Shown here: positions 13,820 through 26,835 of the stretch, piece after piece | Position numbering within the stretch: position 1 is the first letter of the stretch | How the letters are laid out: each line of letters starts with the position of its first letter | DNA from: Octopus bimaculoides | Taxonomy: Eukaryota | Length of the DNA stretch: 64,000 nt | Direction: 5' to 3' | Assembly: GCF_001194135.2 (NCBI RefSeq) | Contig: NC_068993.1 | Span: 36,702,259-36,766,258, forward strand | The notes under the pieces: model-generated | What the model was told of the DNA's origin: nothing | What the model saw: only the letters and a program-made list of their open reading frames with translations | The model's database searches: none | Made by a program: the position numbers and the translations under genes

Positions 13820-14250
13820 AATTCTTTCAACTAAAGGGATAAAGCCTGAAATTTTAGGTAAGGAAGGTAGTCAATTACACTGATCCAGTGCTTAAGTGGT
13901 ATTTATTTTATCAATCCTTAACAAATGAAAGGCAAAAGTGAGCTTGGCAGAATTTGAACTCAGTACATAAAGACAGACAAAATGTCACTAAGCAATTTTT
14001 TGTCCAGCATGCTAGTGATTCTGCCAGCTCATTGACTTAATGATAATGTTTCTAATAAGGACCAAAATTTAGAGGAGATTACTCGATACCCTTGATCCCA
14101 GTACTTGACTGGTACTATATTTTATCAACTCTGAAAAAATAAAATGCAAATATGACCTCAGCGGGATTCGAACCCAGAACATAGAGATACAGAACAAATA
14201 CCACAAGGCATTTTGTGTAAACAGTCTAAGGATTCTGCCAATCCATAACC
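13820..14250 (-). mobile_element. Two stacked family-B SINEs
   Basis: Match the family-B head, core and tail in reverse orientation. Confidence 0.75.
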
Positions 14251-14279
14251 TTAATGGCAAAAGACTATCTGATCCTTTC

Positions 14280-14500
14280 CTGTCAATTGTCCATTAAATT
14301 TCTTGATCCACTCATACACACTTCTACATGGTAGGGTGCTGTCTTTGTATTGCACTGAAAGCCTACAATGAATTTCAGCCAGACACACCTTCAGACAAGA
14401 GAAACCAGATCACTGATTTCTGTTCTTCTTTGGGGCACATTGCCAGCAGAGCAGCCACGCTTAATGTAATACAAAAAAAAAATTGGAACAATCAAGACCA
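14280..14500 (-). mobile_element. Mariner transposase 5' relic
   Basis: Minus strand reads ...KEEQKSVIWFLLSEGV...EIHCRLSVQYKDSTLPCRSVYEWIKKF, a mariner N-terminal HTH region. Confidence 0.8.
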
Positions 14501-16057
14501 AACCTTAGTTATATAACCACAAGAATACCACCTTTAAGTATATAAGCACTGAAGGCAGTGTGACTAACCTAAAGACAGTTTTGGTAAATGTGCAGATAAT
14601 TTTTTACTTACCCTTGTATTTGTAAAATTATATTTATAAATAGGAAAATACAGCACTACATAGTTTTACTAATTAATGCAGACTGATAAATTTCTGTTCA
14701 TAGAGTCTACATGTTCGCAGTTAATACTTCAGAATCTGGACAGTGGGACATTAAAAATGTTTTAGGGAAAGTACCACTGAAATCCAATATTATCTCTGAA
14801 ATGCATAAAGTTACTTTGAGAGTTGTAGTTGGGGGTCTTGGGCTAATATGTAAATTGTTTTAATCATGAGATAATGGGTTTATAAATGTTGTCAAATTAT
14901 TACTAAACCAAAAAGCTGCTAAAGGATTAGCAATGTCAAAAACAACAACATTTTAGGCCATAAAATTAAAAGGTTATCTGTGACTGTGATATTGAGAGAG
15001 AGAGTGTGTATGTATTAAATGCAGAGATGTATGTATATGATAAATAACATATACAGTCAGTTGATTAAATATTCCCAAACAAGATACTTGTGACCAACCA
15101 TTCTGTCTTCTATCCATCAACAGGTCATTTAGTCTTGCAACTTGAATAATAATGCCACAGCAAGTTATGATCATAAGAAGCAATGATATGAGTTTTATAT
15201 GGAAAAAAATAAAGCTATCTTCAATCACATATTACTTCCAATGCTTATGGGTACAACTGCAATATGTAATCGGTATAGGAACTATCTACAGCTAAACTGG
15301 AGCACTATATATATATAAAATTTATAATGAATATTCAAAAGGAATATTTTATTGAACTTATATTAAGTGCTCTATTACTTTGAGCAAATATATATATATA
15401 TATATTTTTATATTATTAATAAAATTAACAATATTCTTAGGAAATCAATATTTGAATTTCTGAAAGATGTATGTTTTATATGACACAATAATCATTTTGA
15501 ATTATAATTAAAATTAAAAATATACAAAATATAAATGTATATAAAACTCTGTATCATAGAGTCAGGTCTACACACACACACTATGTATATGTGTCATCAT
15601 GATTATCATTTCAACATTCACTTTTCCATGCTTGCATGGGTTGGACAGATTTTTTTAGCGAGGTAGATTTCCTATGACTTGATGCTCTTCCTGTTGCCAA
15701 CCCTCACCTGTTTCCAAGTAAGACATGTTTTTGCAGAACATTGGGATGAATAACAGGTGTTTGTATGACAGTGACACTCATTTACAACTACCATGTGATG
15801 TCAAGTCAAGGAAACACAAACATACACTCTCTCTCTCTCTCTCACCCATACAACAGACTTCTTTCAGTTACTATCTACCAAATCCATTCACAAGATTTTG
15901 GTTGGCCAAGGGCTACAGCAGAAGACACCCATGGTGCCACAGTTGAACTGAAGAGAAAATGATGTTGTTAAGAAATAAACCTCTTAACTGACAGGTTATT
16001 ACATTGCAGTGAATCCAAGTAGGATCAATCTGCATGTATGTATGTGCACACGTGCAC

Positions 16058-16484
16058 ACATATATATATAAATGAGTGGTAATTGAACCGGTGAGCATGT
16101 CTTATTAAGGCACTCTCCCCAAACACAACAAAGTCTGTTTCATCACATGAATTCACATAAGGAATCTTACAAACCAGATACAAAAATGAAGTGTGTTTGA
16201 GAGAACGATTTTTAGGAGCAACATATTTAGCAAAAGAAACAATAAATTTCACAAACTTCATAGTTTGTATTCAACTGTTTTAAGATAAACACTGCAAAAT
16301 GTTAATGAGCTCCAAGTGAAATATATACATACATATATATATAAATGAGTGGTAATTGAACCGGTGAGCATGTCTTATTAAGGCACTCTCCCCAAACACA
16401 ACAAAGTCTGTTTCATCACATGAATTCACATAAGGAATCTTACAAACCAGATACAAAAATGAAGTGTGTTTGAGAGAACGATTT
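16058..16484. other. Identical ~155-bp duplication ending at an N gap (probable assembly artefact)
   Basis: About 16058-16212 is repeated at about 16330-16484, directly before Ns. Confidence 0.7.
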
Positions 16485-18852
16485 TNNNNNNNNNNNNNNN
16501 NNNNNNNNNNNNNNNNNNNNNGTTTTATAGTTCATTTTAGTAGTTCTGAACAGGGCTCATTCATTTATTCATTAGGATTACAAACCTAAAGATTTTGATG
16601 GTGAAAGCAAATTACATTAATCATTATGTGTAATAATAAATTAAATTTAAATCTATGTTGTTATCAGAAAGAAAATAGTGGTGAAAATAACAGCTACAAT
16701 GGTTTCAATGTGTTTATGTCTTGGTGTGTGAGTGTGTGTGTGCATGTATGTGTATCATACGCGAATGTTTTTGAATAGTTGTTATTTAGCCCCAAATGAA
16801 CCCATAATCAGCAGGCCTGTGACAACAGGTGTTCCACTTATGACCATCCTACCCTTCAATCAGACATAATATATATGCAAACTACATTATGTAATGTATT
16901 CCTCGCAGCAGGATATGACTTGAGGATGTCTGGGATGTTATTAATAGCAAATCAAGGAACCATGCAGAGGCTTCTACTGGTGGCTTGTTTTTGACCAATA
17001 GCATTGCCCGACCACAAATATGGCAATCAGTAAATTTCACCAATATCACTGAACAATATCAAATTTTGTACAAAAAAGGGACAATAAATGACTTTTTTGT
17101 TTGTGAACTGAATAGTACATGTTCACATCAATAAAAGTATGGTGGTAGCAACACTATCGCTGACACTACTGTATATTGTGTCTCATGGGTAGTTTGTAAA
17201 ATCCAACAAGAGCGGTACAGTAAACTGCTGAAGGGCAGTATTATGTGATAAATGCTTTGTTAATTTACACAGCTGAACTGAAATTCATTTATATGTGTCA
17301 CTTTTTCGAGGGGGATGTTTCTTTAATGGTCGAGTCAAGAAAGCAGAAAGGATACTGGCTAAGACCTCCAGACAAATCGTAATTTATTTTCATATAGGAA
17401 ATCTGGTCCAGGTGTTTGCTATAGAGTGGACACCACTAAAGGAGTTATCCAAGGCTCAGGTGGTGGTGTTAAGCCGACACTTTAAGTCTACCACCCAAGA
17501 ACAAATGTAATCTGTTGAATGAGATTCCTATAGTCTTGTTTACCAAATTACATTTACAAAGCTTGAATTAACAACCTCAAACTATAGTGGAAGGCACTTG
17601 CCCAAAGTTATTGTGCAGTGCAATCAAATGTAGAAGTGTGTGGCTCCCAAATGAACCGTTTAATCACATGACCATATCTGCCATTTGCAGAGGAATGAAC
17701 TGCTGTAGTTAAAATCTGTCTTGGCCATGGCCATGACAAAAGATTTCAAATTGTGGCCTTATATTCCTCTCACCTAAGTTTTATAAATAAAAATTATCTA
17801 GAAAATGAAGGCATCATCAGCTATCTATATGACCTAGGTATGGCATGAGCATATGCTTTTAGCAAACCTTAACTTGGGTATCAGTCCCTTTCCCTGCAGT
17901 CTAGTTTAACACCATCACCATCAACTCCTTCAATACCTATAAGAGTTCTTTCTGTCACAAGCATTCCAATCAGGTCCTGGTTCCTTTAACACCCATGCTT
18001 GCTGATGTTCAAGCATCAGTTGTAACAATTACACCAGTCTGGATGGTGAGTGTCAATACAAAAGAGCAGACAGGGTAAAGTTCATGAGTAATGGCCTCTC
18101 TAGCTATTTATATAATTTTATTTTTAGAACAGATATACGTACATGCGAGACAGAGACCACATGCTAAATGATTGTAGATGGTGCAAAGATAAGCAATAAA
18201 AGTATGCAGTGAGGTAGATAAGAACAAATTTAACCCATTTGTAAGTAAATGAGATCATTTTCAAATTGGCAATCAAAGTTCTTCCTTTATTGAGGACATG
18301 ATGATGATGATTAATTTTTTGTAAGAGGAAACCTATCTGCTCTCCATTACAAAATAAAGTGTTTTCGTTTCATTTCATTATATTTTTTATACATGTATAG
18401 ATTAAGATATATGTATAGGCTGAAATACCAGAACACTTAGTACTATGAATGCTAAAGTTTTATTAGTATTTTCAGATGTTGCACAGAACCACCTGGATAC
18501 TGGATAGTGAAAGTATGTATGTTGGTGTTTATTTCTGTCAGTTTTGATTTTATATTTATATACACACACACATGTATATATGTGTAGCTTTGTATCCTGC
18601 CAAGCCTATATGTGCCCACCCATCACTCTACTTTCCTGTCCTCCACTAGGCCTATGTATGAGAAACTGCTAGTCTATACTCATCACTCTAGCCGTGTCCA
18701 CCTTCACTTCTCCCTCCACCTCTACTCTCACTTCAAAGACATTCTAGTTATGACCATCATGCTATTTCTAGCATTTCCAATGACCACACAGAGGCTCCCT
18801 TGTTAAACTCAAGTGTTTGTGCAAATGTATTATGGAAATACGTAGTTAATCC

Positions 18853-19037
18853 TTAACCCCTTTAGCAGTTAAACTGGCTATATCAGGCCTTTCATACCAA
18901 CCCTACAATGTCATTTTAAAAATAAACAGTCACATCATCAAGGTTTTGGAGTTATGAGATAATGCATGATTAATACAAAATAATGTAAACAAATAAGCAT
19001 AACATTTTACAGGGTAAACCGAATGCTAAAGGGTTAA
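18853..19037. mobile_element. piggyBac-type MITE (TTAA ends)
   Basis: TTAA-cccctttagca ... tgctaaaggg-TTAA. Confidence 0.75.
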
Positions 19038-20249
19038 TCCTTTTCTAAACCACAAAGTTTCAATAGGGTCAATGTCAATCAATGGTTTCTGTCATGTTGA
19101 ACAGATGAGAGATAAATCATATCTTGAATAGGATGCTAGTCTATCATGAATAATTTTCCCATAAACACCAGAGTCTTTTTCTTTCTTTTTTTTAAAGTAA
19201 ACTCGTTTTTTGCTAGAATGACAGTAAAATCACTGTGAGGATACAAGGTGACTAACCATCAACCAATATCCACCCTGTCCAATTGATTGTCTCTTTTTAT
19301 GGTACCAGATTACCAATCCCATGGTAAATGTTGATGTAAATATCACCCCTATGATTTCACTAGATAAACATTGTACATCAACCAATGTTTTTATAACATA
19401 AATTTTATACTCTTAATTTTTTGGAAATTTTTTCCTCGCAATTATTATCAACACCTTTTCTTCTAGAATATTTGTCAGTTAAAACATGAATACCCATTCA
19501 CATCCAGCTGTAGTGATTCTGTAACTGGAGAGCAGAAGCAATAAATAGAAATGCAATAAACATGACTCTGAGTTGGATGTAGTGCCAGCCATTTCAGTTT
19601 CCTTTGACAATAGCAAATCTGATGACAGCAATATTGAAAGAATGGAGGGATTTATTTCATAAGCATAATGGAGTGGAAAGTATAAAAAACAATTACCAAG
19701 GTGCAGGCATTGCAATGTTGTAAGAACTTTGCTTCTCAATTGCAGAGTTCCAGATTCAGTCTCATTGCATGGCACCTTGGGCAAGTGTCTTCTACTATAG
19801 CCTAAGGTCAATGAAAGCCTTGTGAGTGGATTTTGTAGATGGAAACTGAAAGAAGCCCTTCATATATATGTGTATGTGTTTGTCCCCCCACCCACCACCA
19901 CCACTTGCCAACTGGTGTTGGTGTGTTTACATCCCACTAACTTAATGGTTCAGCGAAAGAGACTGACAGAATAAGTACTAGTCTTTTTTTAAAAAACAAG
20001 TACTGAGGTTGATTCATTAGAATAAAAATTCTTCAAGGTGGTACCTCAGTATAGCAGCAGTCTAGTGACTGAAACATATAAAAAATAAAAGGGCATCCAG
20101 CTATAGAAACCATGCCAGAGCAGAGAACCTGATGCAGCCTTCTGGCTCATCTGTTCTTGTCAAACCATCCAACTCATGCCACCATTAAAAAGTGATGTTG
20201 AATGATGATGAAACCAGACCCAACCTCAGTCTTCCTAACAACTGAAGAC

Positions 20250-20600
20250 TGATCAACTATTTCCTTTTAGCTATTCCTATTGGAAAGTTCCACCTGACAA
20301 CTGTCGAGAAGCTGACCAGGATTAGCAACCACAAGGGGACAGGTGAACCCTATGTTTCAAGTATCATATCTACAGTGCAGCAGTGCCAGTATTTGCATAT
20401 ATGAAACACCAACAGTGGGAAAGAATGTTGTTATACATTGATAAAAACTCCACTGTCCATTAATGAAGGAATGGGGAGATCCTTCCACAGTATCGCAGAA
20501 GGATGAAATGGAATAAGCAGGACAAGAAGAGACACATGGGACAGAGAGTCACTGATGAAGTCACAGTTGACAGAAGTATAAACTAAAAATAATACAAATA
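20250..20600 (+). mobile_element. Possible Penelope-like 3' remnant ending in a degenerate hammerhead (CTGATGA-A-GTCA cagt TGAC at 20552-20571) and an A-rich tail
   Basis: Helix II intact but GAAA disrupted (AGAAG). Weak GIY-YIG C-terminal resemblance upstream. Confidence 0.35.
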
Positions 20601-20879
20601 AAAACTGAAGTGAAGATCAAATAAATAGCATGTGCATTTAATTCATCCCCTATAACAATATGTTTCAACAAAACTACATAGAGAAAGAGGCACAGTAATT
20701 TTCTTTCCATTCAAATTAAATTGATGCTTGTAAAGCTTAGCAACAACAGTTACAATTACTGAGGTTGATCAAGTGAATTAGATGTTTAGAACACTTGGTA
20801 ATAAGTGGTGGCAATATCAGGTTTGATGTGTGATAAACTATAAGTACTGTGAATGCTATTTTAAAAACTATATTCTAAA

Positions 20880-21040
20880 TTGCAAAGGTGCTCAAAAGCA
20901 ATGTAGCCACTTGCAGTAGTGGCAATGCAGTTTCAGCCAGGCTATTCATCCAAAATAACTTGTTGGGAGAAAGGTAAAAGCTTGCCAGTGAGATATGCTT
21001 CTCAAATTAGCCTATCTGAAGATAATCCATGATCACAAAA
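20880..21040 (+). mobile_element. hAT transposase C-terminal dimerisation-domain relic
   Basis: AKVLKSNVATCSSGNAVSARLFIQNNLLGER*KLASE resembles the hAT ..SSVPSERLFS..G....R..L.PE motif. Confidence 0.5.
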
Positions 21041-21243
21041 GAATGTGAAAAATCCAATGCATGCATCCAGATGAAATAACTTTTCAATGTGCATTTTGCA
21101 AGATTGCATTATGTAGAGTTTAGATCTTTTACAATGCTTCATAATTAATTTGTGTATATATAATCTAATTTGTAAACTACTTTCAAATTTACTTTTTCTA
21201 TTATTTCATTTTGTTTACCTGTAAGGTAAATGACAAATCCAGT

Positions 21244-21466
21244 TTAACCCTTTTGATACCAATTCGCCTGAAACCGCCTCTGGCTCTGTAATACAAATGT
21301 CTTGTTTTCAAAAGTTCTGAATTAAAGTTGTAACCTTAGTCACAATTTATGTTCCTGGCACTAGCTTAATAATAACTAAGTTATTTTACTAATGTCTTTG
21401 TTATATTTAAAATTAATTGAGGAAACACAGAGCATCTCAACAGAACTATGGTATCAAAAGGGTTAG
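21244..21466. mobile_element. piggyBac-type MITE; a related copy lies in reverse at 56964-57191
   Basis: TTAA-cccttttgatacca ... tggtatcaaaaggg-TTAG. Internal sequence matches 56968-57187 in reverse; related elements at 35784-36014 and 41406-41732. Confidence 0.85.
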
Positions 21467-22880
21467 AATCTCTTCAACATTACTGTGGACATATTAACAT
21501 GGGTGTGAATTTATTATTTGGTACTTTTCTTCAGATATTAATAAATTCTTTCATCTTGTACTAGTTTACTTTTATGGTGCACTTATCTATTATGCTCTTA
21601 ATTCCAACTGAAAATACAATAATAAGTACAGCACTTTTATATTACAATTCTGTTGTGTATCCCAGCTAAAAATTAGTCAATAATTTATTTCATATTTCAC
21701 TGAATTCACCTGTTTAGAGTTTTGAGACAAAAATTTCATCAAAAGTTTAATAAGAAAACCCTTTCTTAAGTTGTTTTCCAATTATCTCATTTATATATAT
21801 CAGTAAATGGAAAAGTTACAATTATTTAACAAAATCAGACCAAGTTCTCCAGACATATATGTGATGCAATTTCAGCAATAAACACTGCATGGGGAAGATT
21901 AAAGAGGGTTTGTGAAGGATATGATATGCAAAACTTTTAGATTTCGAAACATGAACAAATTTGTTAGGAGAAAGGGAAAACATTCCAGTAGCATATCCCT
22001 GAATCATGACAAAAAAATTATTTTTTAAAAATAAATCCCTAGTCACAAAAGTCTCTGCTAAGAATGCCAACATCAGAAGAGAGAAGCTCCCAGTAAATGA
22101 TCAACTGAAATGCACCATATTTAATTCTTAAATCTAGAAGACTGCAGCAACAGAAAAATTAGAGTAAATTATCTTGTCTGGCACGTCACAGGTTAAAGTA
22201 TAAAAGGCAAACTAATTAACATCCACTTTGAGATGTCTTTCTTCATAATCTTACTTTCCAAAGTTATTATTCAGGACACTGCTGCAATCTATGCAACAGA
22301 ATATTAAGGCTTAGAATTAAGATGGAAATCTCTACTTTCAATCTGAAGTCTTGTTTATATCAAAGAACAATAAATAGATACATTAGCGGAAGATGGTTAA
22401 AACACAGATTAATTAAAAATAGAATTTAAAATGGTTGAAAGTCCTATTAATCTTTCATATTTAGGATGATCAATCTCTTGTGATGTATCACCACTCCTGT
22501 TTCTATATAGCAGTGACGATAAAGCAGGGTGGCACAAAGTGGAAGAAAGTCAAGTTTAAGAAGTATAACTTTTGCAGAGTAAATATCAATCCTTCAAAAC
22601 AGAATTTGAACAAACTAATATGGGAGCTTCTACATTAGTTATTAGACTCAGCAATACTGATCTCCAACAGTGGCTCAATTATAAAGAAGACAACACTACC
22701 ACAGAAGCATGATTAACTAATATTTAATTAGTAATATAAAAGAAGGCTTGGTTAATATTCAATTAGTAATGTAGAAAAGCAGGATCAACTTATATCATTC
22801 AACTCACATTGTCATCTTAAGGTAAAAAAAGACAAAGAACAAATGTAGTTTTGAATACAAAATGACATAAGACAATAGTT

Positions 22881-22916
22881 TTGAACCTAGGTCTTCTCAA
22901 GAAGACCTAGGTTCAA
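22881..22916. repeat. Perfect 16-bp-arm palindrome with a 4-nt spacer
   Basis: ttgaacctaggtcttc-tcaa-gaagacctaggttcaa. Confidence 0.95.
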
Positions 22917-24414
22917 CAGTATCTTAGATGGATCAAAGAAAAAAATACATTTACAAAAAAGAAGTTTTTGTGAAGAACAGAATTAGTACTGATTGAGTTT
23001 CAAAGTTAAAGAAGATCAGGAGGTTGTGTGAAAATAGTAAGGTTAAATGGTTGGTTTAAAATTTTGTAGCTTAGTGGTTGTGGGGAAAAAATGAGCGGGA
23101 TTGATAGAGTGGAATCTGGAGGAGGGAATCCTAGCAACTCATGATAAGGTGGGGAGACATAATCCATTACTTATGAGAATCAGAGCATTTCAGATCCACA
23201 ACAGAAAGATTTTCATGTCAGAAAGTGTTTCAAAGATTTGAAAATGTCAAGGGCAACTTTGCAAGAAACCATTGGTGCGTGATGTTATGTTACATGTGGT
23301 ATGCATGAAATAAATGTCTGGGAACAAACTTACTGTCAGTTCTATTTATGTCAGTATAAATTCTACATCAATACTAGGTTCTCCTGTATCTTAATTGTGT
23401 TATTAGATTTGTAAAACTCAAATCCTAAATTCTTCAAAAACCTACCCCTGCCTGTTACCATCTAAAGGCTGTTTCTCATGCAACACATCTAATCCATTCC
23501 ATAAAACATTTCTTTTCCATATACTTATCAATGTCTTTTGAGAAGCCTGTTATTATCAAATCACTTTCCACAAATTTATGCAATTCATTTTTTTTATTCC
23601 AATCAATGCTCATAGTTTTATTCTTCATTTTTACATCCTTTTATTTTCCCGTGCTAACATTGGTTAGATGAACATGCTATTGAAGCATTGCTTTTACAGC
23701 TAGATAAGGGATCTCTTATTCCTTTGAAAGTGTGATGTGAATAGAGTTACTTCTCTGAGGTGCTACTCAATAGGACTGAACCTGAAACCATGTGATTGGG
23801 ATGTGAACTTCCTAAACAAACCTGTACTATGTACAAAGAAAATATATTTGTGGCCAACAGATGACTGTAGTTCTCAAATTTTTCTCAGAACTTGTTTATT
23901 ATTTCATATAAACTACTGGAACCACTCATGGTTTGTCACATGGGATGTTGCTCAGAGTGTTGGTGTTCTGCCCTTCTGAGATCTCAGCACAATAGGGTTG
24001 GAGGGATGGCTAAGAGGTAAAGAAGTTCATATTGCAACCAAGTAACTCTGAGTTCAATCTTACTGTATGACACTTCAGACAAAGTGCATTTACCATATCC
24101 CAATGATGACAAATGCTATATAGGTGGAATTTGGCAGACAGAAATTATTTAGAAGCCCATCAAATATGTGTTTGTTTATCTCTCTCACTAACTCTTGACT
24201 CATTCAATTATTTCCCTTCCCAAATGCTATGTCAGTAAGCATCCCCAAAAAACTCTGTAAAACAGTTAGCATTAGGAAGGTGAACCAGAGTTTGGAGCAA
24301 GATGGTGCCTGCTGAAACATGCAATCCATGCCAGTATGGAAAAAGCAGATGTAAAAAAATGATGATATATCAGTATATGTCTACAAACATATGAACACAC
24401 ATATCTACACACAC

Positions 24415-24459
<45 letters not shown>

Positions 24460-24484
24460 AAAAAAACACAAAAAACAATAACAA

Positions 24485-24650
24485 AAAAACAACAAAGTGA
24501 GGACGTGATACGGATAGTGTTATTGGGCGCTCGGGAAAGGAAGGAGAGAGAGTATGATGTTTCGGGCGGAGCCCTTCGTCGGAAAGACAGAAAGTTCGGA
24601 GAATGAAAAACGGAGGGAGAGGAAAATGGCACCGATATATACTATTATTA
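24485..24650 (-). mobile_element. Penelope-like terminal-repeat fragment with degenerate hammerhead core (CCGACGA-A-GGGC tcc GCCC-GAAACATC at 24582-24556)
   Basis: Core spacing and helix II intact; U4 changed to C and no helix I partner. The CT-rich flanks resemble PLE terminal repeats. Confidence 0.55.
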
Positions 24651-24653
24651 CGG

Positions 24654-24774
24654 TCGAGTTAGTCCCTTGCTATTCTGAGTTTTGTTTGAGGGTGCACAGG
24701 ATCTTCGGTCATAACTTGCCTGAAGAACCTGTGCACCCACAGATGAAACTCAGAGTAGCAAGAAATTAACTAGA
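24654..24774. repeat. About 55-bp-arm imperfect inverted repeat with an 11-nt spacer; the left arm is a mutated antisense copy of the hammerhead
   Basis: 24657-24708 versus reverse complement of 24720-24771: 42 of 52 identical. Six of the ten differences are G-U compatible on the + strand. Confidence 0.9.
24715..24762 (+). ncRNA. Type I hammerhead ribozyme motif (Penelope-like/retrozyme type)
   Basis: CUUGC-CUGAAGA-ACCUGUG(CACC)CACAGAU-GAAA-CUC-A-GAG-UA/GCAAG. All conserved core bases present; helix I 5 bp perfect; helix II 6 of 7 bp; palindromic helix III; GUA cleavage triplet (cut after 24757). Confidence 0.82.
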
Positions 24775-25110
24775 GCAAAATGAACTATATTAATCTTATC
24801 AATCTCTCATATAGTACCGAGTACTCTTTTTGCAACAACCAACACTATCTATCTACCATGAGCACTCACCTTTTGCCAAACATCTTGTACAAATGATTTG
24901 TTTATAGTAATCAAATGTTCACGCCACACATTACCGCGCTCTCTCCATCAAATCGATGTTGTCTGAACAGGTGCACAGTATACCACGCACCAGGTGTTGA
25001 AGTGATCATAGAGCAATGTGAGATGAAGTGTTCTGCTCAAGAACTCAACGCACCACCTGGTCTAGGAATTAAAATCACAATCACTAGATCATGAGCCCTC
25101 ACATTATATA

Positions 25111-25143
<33 letters not shown>

Positions 25144-26801
25144 CCACATACACACATATATAAATCAATAACAGATGTAAACACTGTCAAGAAATAACAA
25201 AACTGACTTTCATATAAAAACACCTGGTGTGGGGGTTTTTTTTCCCCCCTTGCACCAAATTACACTGATGAACCCTTGACCCTCTTACTGTGAGAAATGT
25301 AGTGAAACAGTGTTTGGTTCATGAGAAAACTGTAATCAATGACTCTATTGTTTCACTAAACTCAATATATAATCAATACAATAACTCTATTGATCACACA
25401 CTTATTACTCAATATCAATTTTCACAACAGCAACCACAAATTTCCTGGCATATTGATATCAGATTATTTCTACATTCATAACATATTTTACAAGATTTTG
25501 GCAGCCTGTATATGTAAATCATAAACTGCATTCTGATAGCATTAATAACTTTAGCTATGGTCTTTATTACCATCCTCACTGTTTGGCCCAAGCTAAATTT
25601 CCTTCAATACTAAAGTTATAGAGGATTTACAACACTGCTGTGTCACCTTTCTCTTTTTGTTAGTCAAAATAAATCACAAACTAGAGTTATTGCTTACACA
25701 CTTTGATACCTGTATTTTCCCAATTACACCCAACTTTGCCTTTCACCCTTTCGGGGATCAATAAAATAAGTACCAGTTGAGCACTGAGGTCAAAGTAATC
25801 GACTTACCCTCCTCCGGAATTGCTGGCCTTGTGCCAAAATTTGTGCAAACTGCTCAGTGAAATTTTGTCCACTTTTATGCTCTGATACCAAAATCTACCT
25901 TCCTGTTACACCTTTTAATTACCTTACTTTCAAATACTTGTTTAATCTCTACAGCTGGTCTCTCTGTTGCCTCGTTTGAATGTAAGCTATCTTTGTTGGA
26001 ATAATGGTCCTCACTGATCAAACTTGGTTTCTTTCTTTCCATCATCAAATAATACACTCTGAAGAGTAGTTGCCGACAAGAAGGGTATCTAGCAACAGAA
26101 ACTAAACCAGAAACGGAACATGAGCAACACATAAACTCCACAGCCCTGAGTACAGGCTATACATCAAGAAAGGCAGTAACTTTCAAATGACAACTGCTAC
26201 AGGTTAGCAAGAGTATTTGTCATCCTCCCAAATGAGATAACCTCTCTAGTACAATAAGATACATTCATTCCATATAGTAAGATACACCCAAAATTGACTG
26301 GTTTTCTCTGTTATTGTGTCTGTCAGCTGACACAGGATGCATTGAGTGACGAGAACCATTCAGCCCATGGAAAAACAGATGGTAAATGTGTAGATGCAGT
26401 ACACCAATAATTGTTGGACATGCTTTTTCTGAAAGACACCTTGACAGAATATTGGTGCTAAGAGTAATTAATTATTACTTTTAATTTTTGAAGGTAATAA
26501 AGTAGAATGCATGTAAACAGAGATATATACAGATATATATACAGGGTGCAATGGGTAAATTGTTGCTGTTTTATATCTTTAATTTTCCTCATGCACATTG
26601 CTTGTTTTTGATTTTGTTGACTACACAGTATAGTAGGGTCAGTTTGGCACTGTCTGTGAGAAAAACAGCACCATGACACAAATCACTCTGCCAGAAATTT
26701 GGAAATGGCATGCTGTGTAGCCATCTGGTTTCACCAGTCCTCAGTCAAATCGTCCAACCCATGCTAGCATGGAAAGCAGATGTTAAACGACGATGATGAC
26801 G

Positions 26802-26835
<34 letters not shown>

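Noticed and set aside
14611-14785. Strong donor agg|gtaagt with an upstream acceptor
   Set aside because: All three frames contain stops over the full segment, and shorter versions lack a credible acceptor.
8863-25701. Further phase 1-1 microexon candidates (about 8863-8889, 13718-13738, 25690-25701)
   Set aside because: Good donors but purine-rich or repeat-derived acceptors; not supportable without RNA data.
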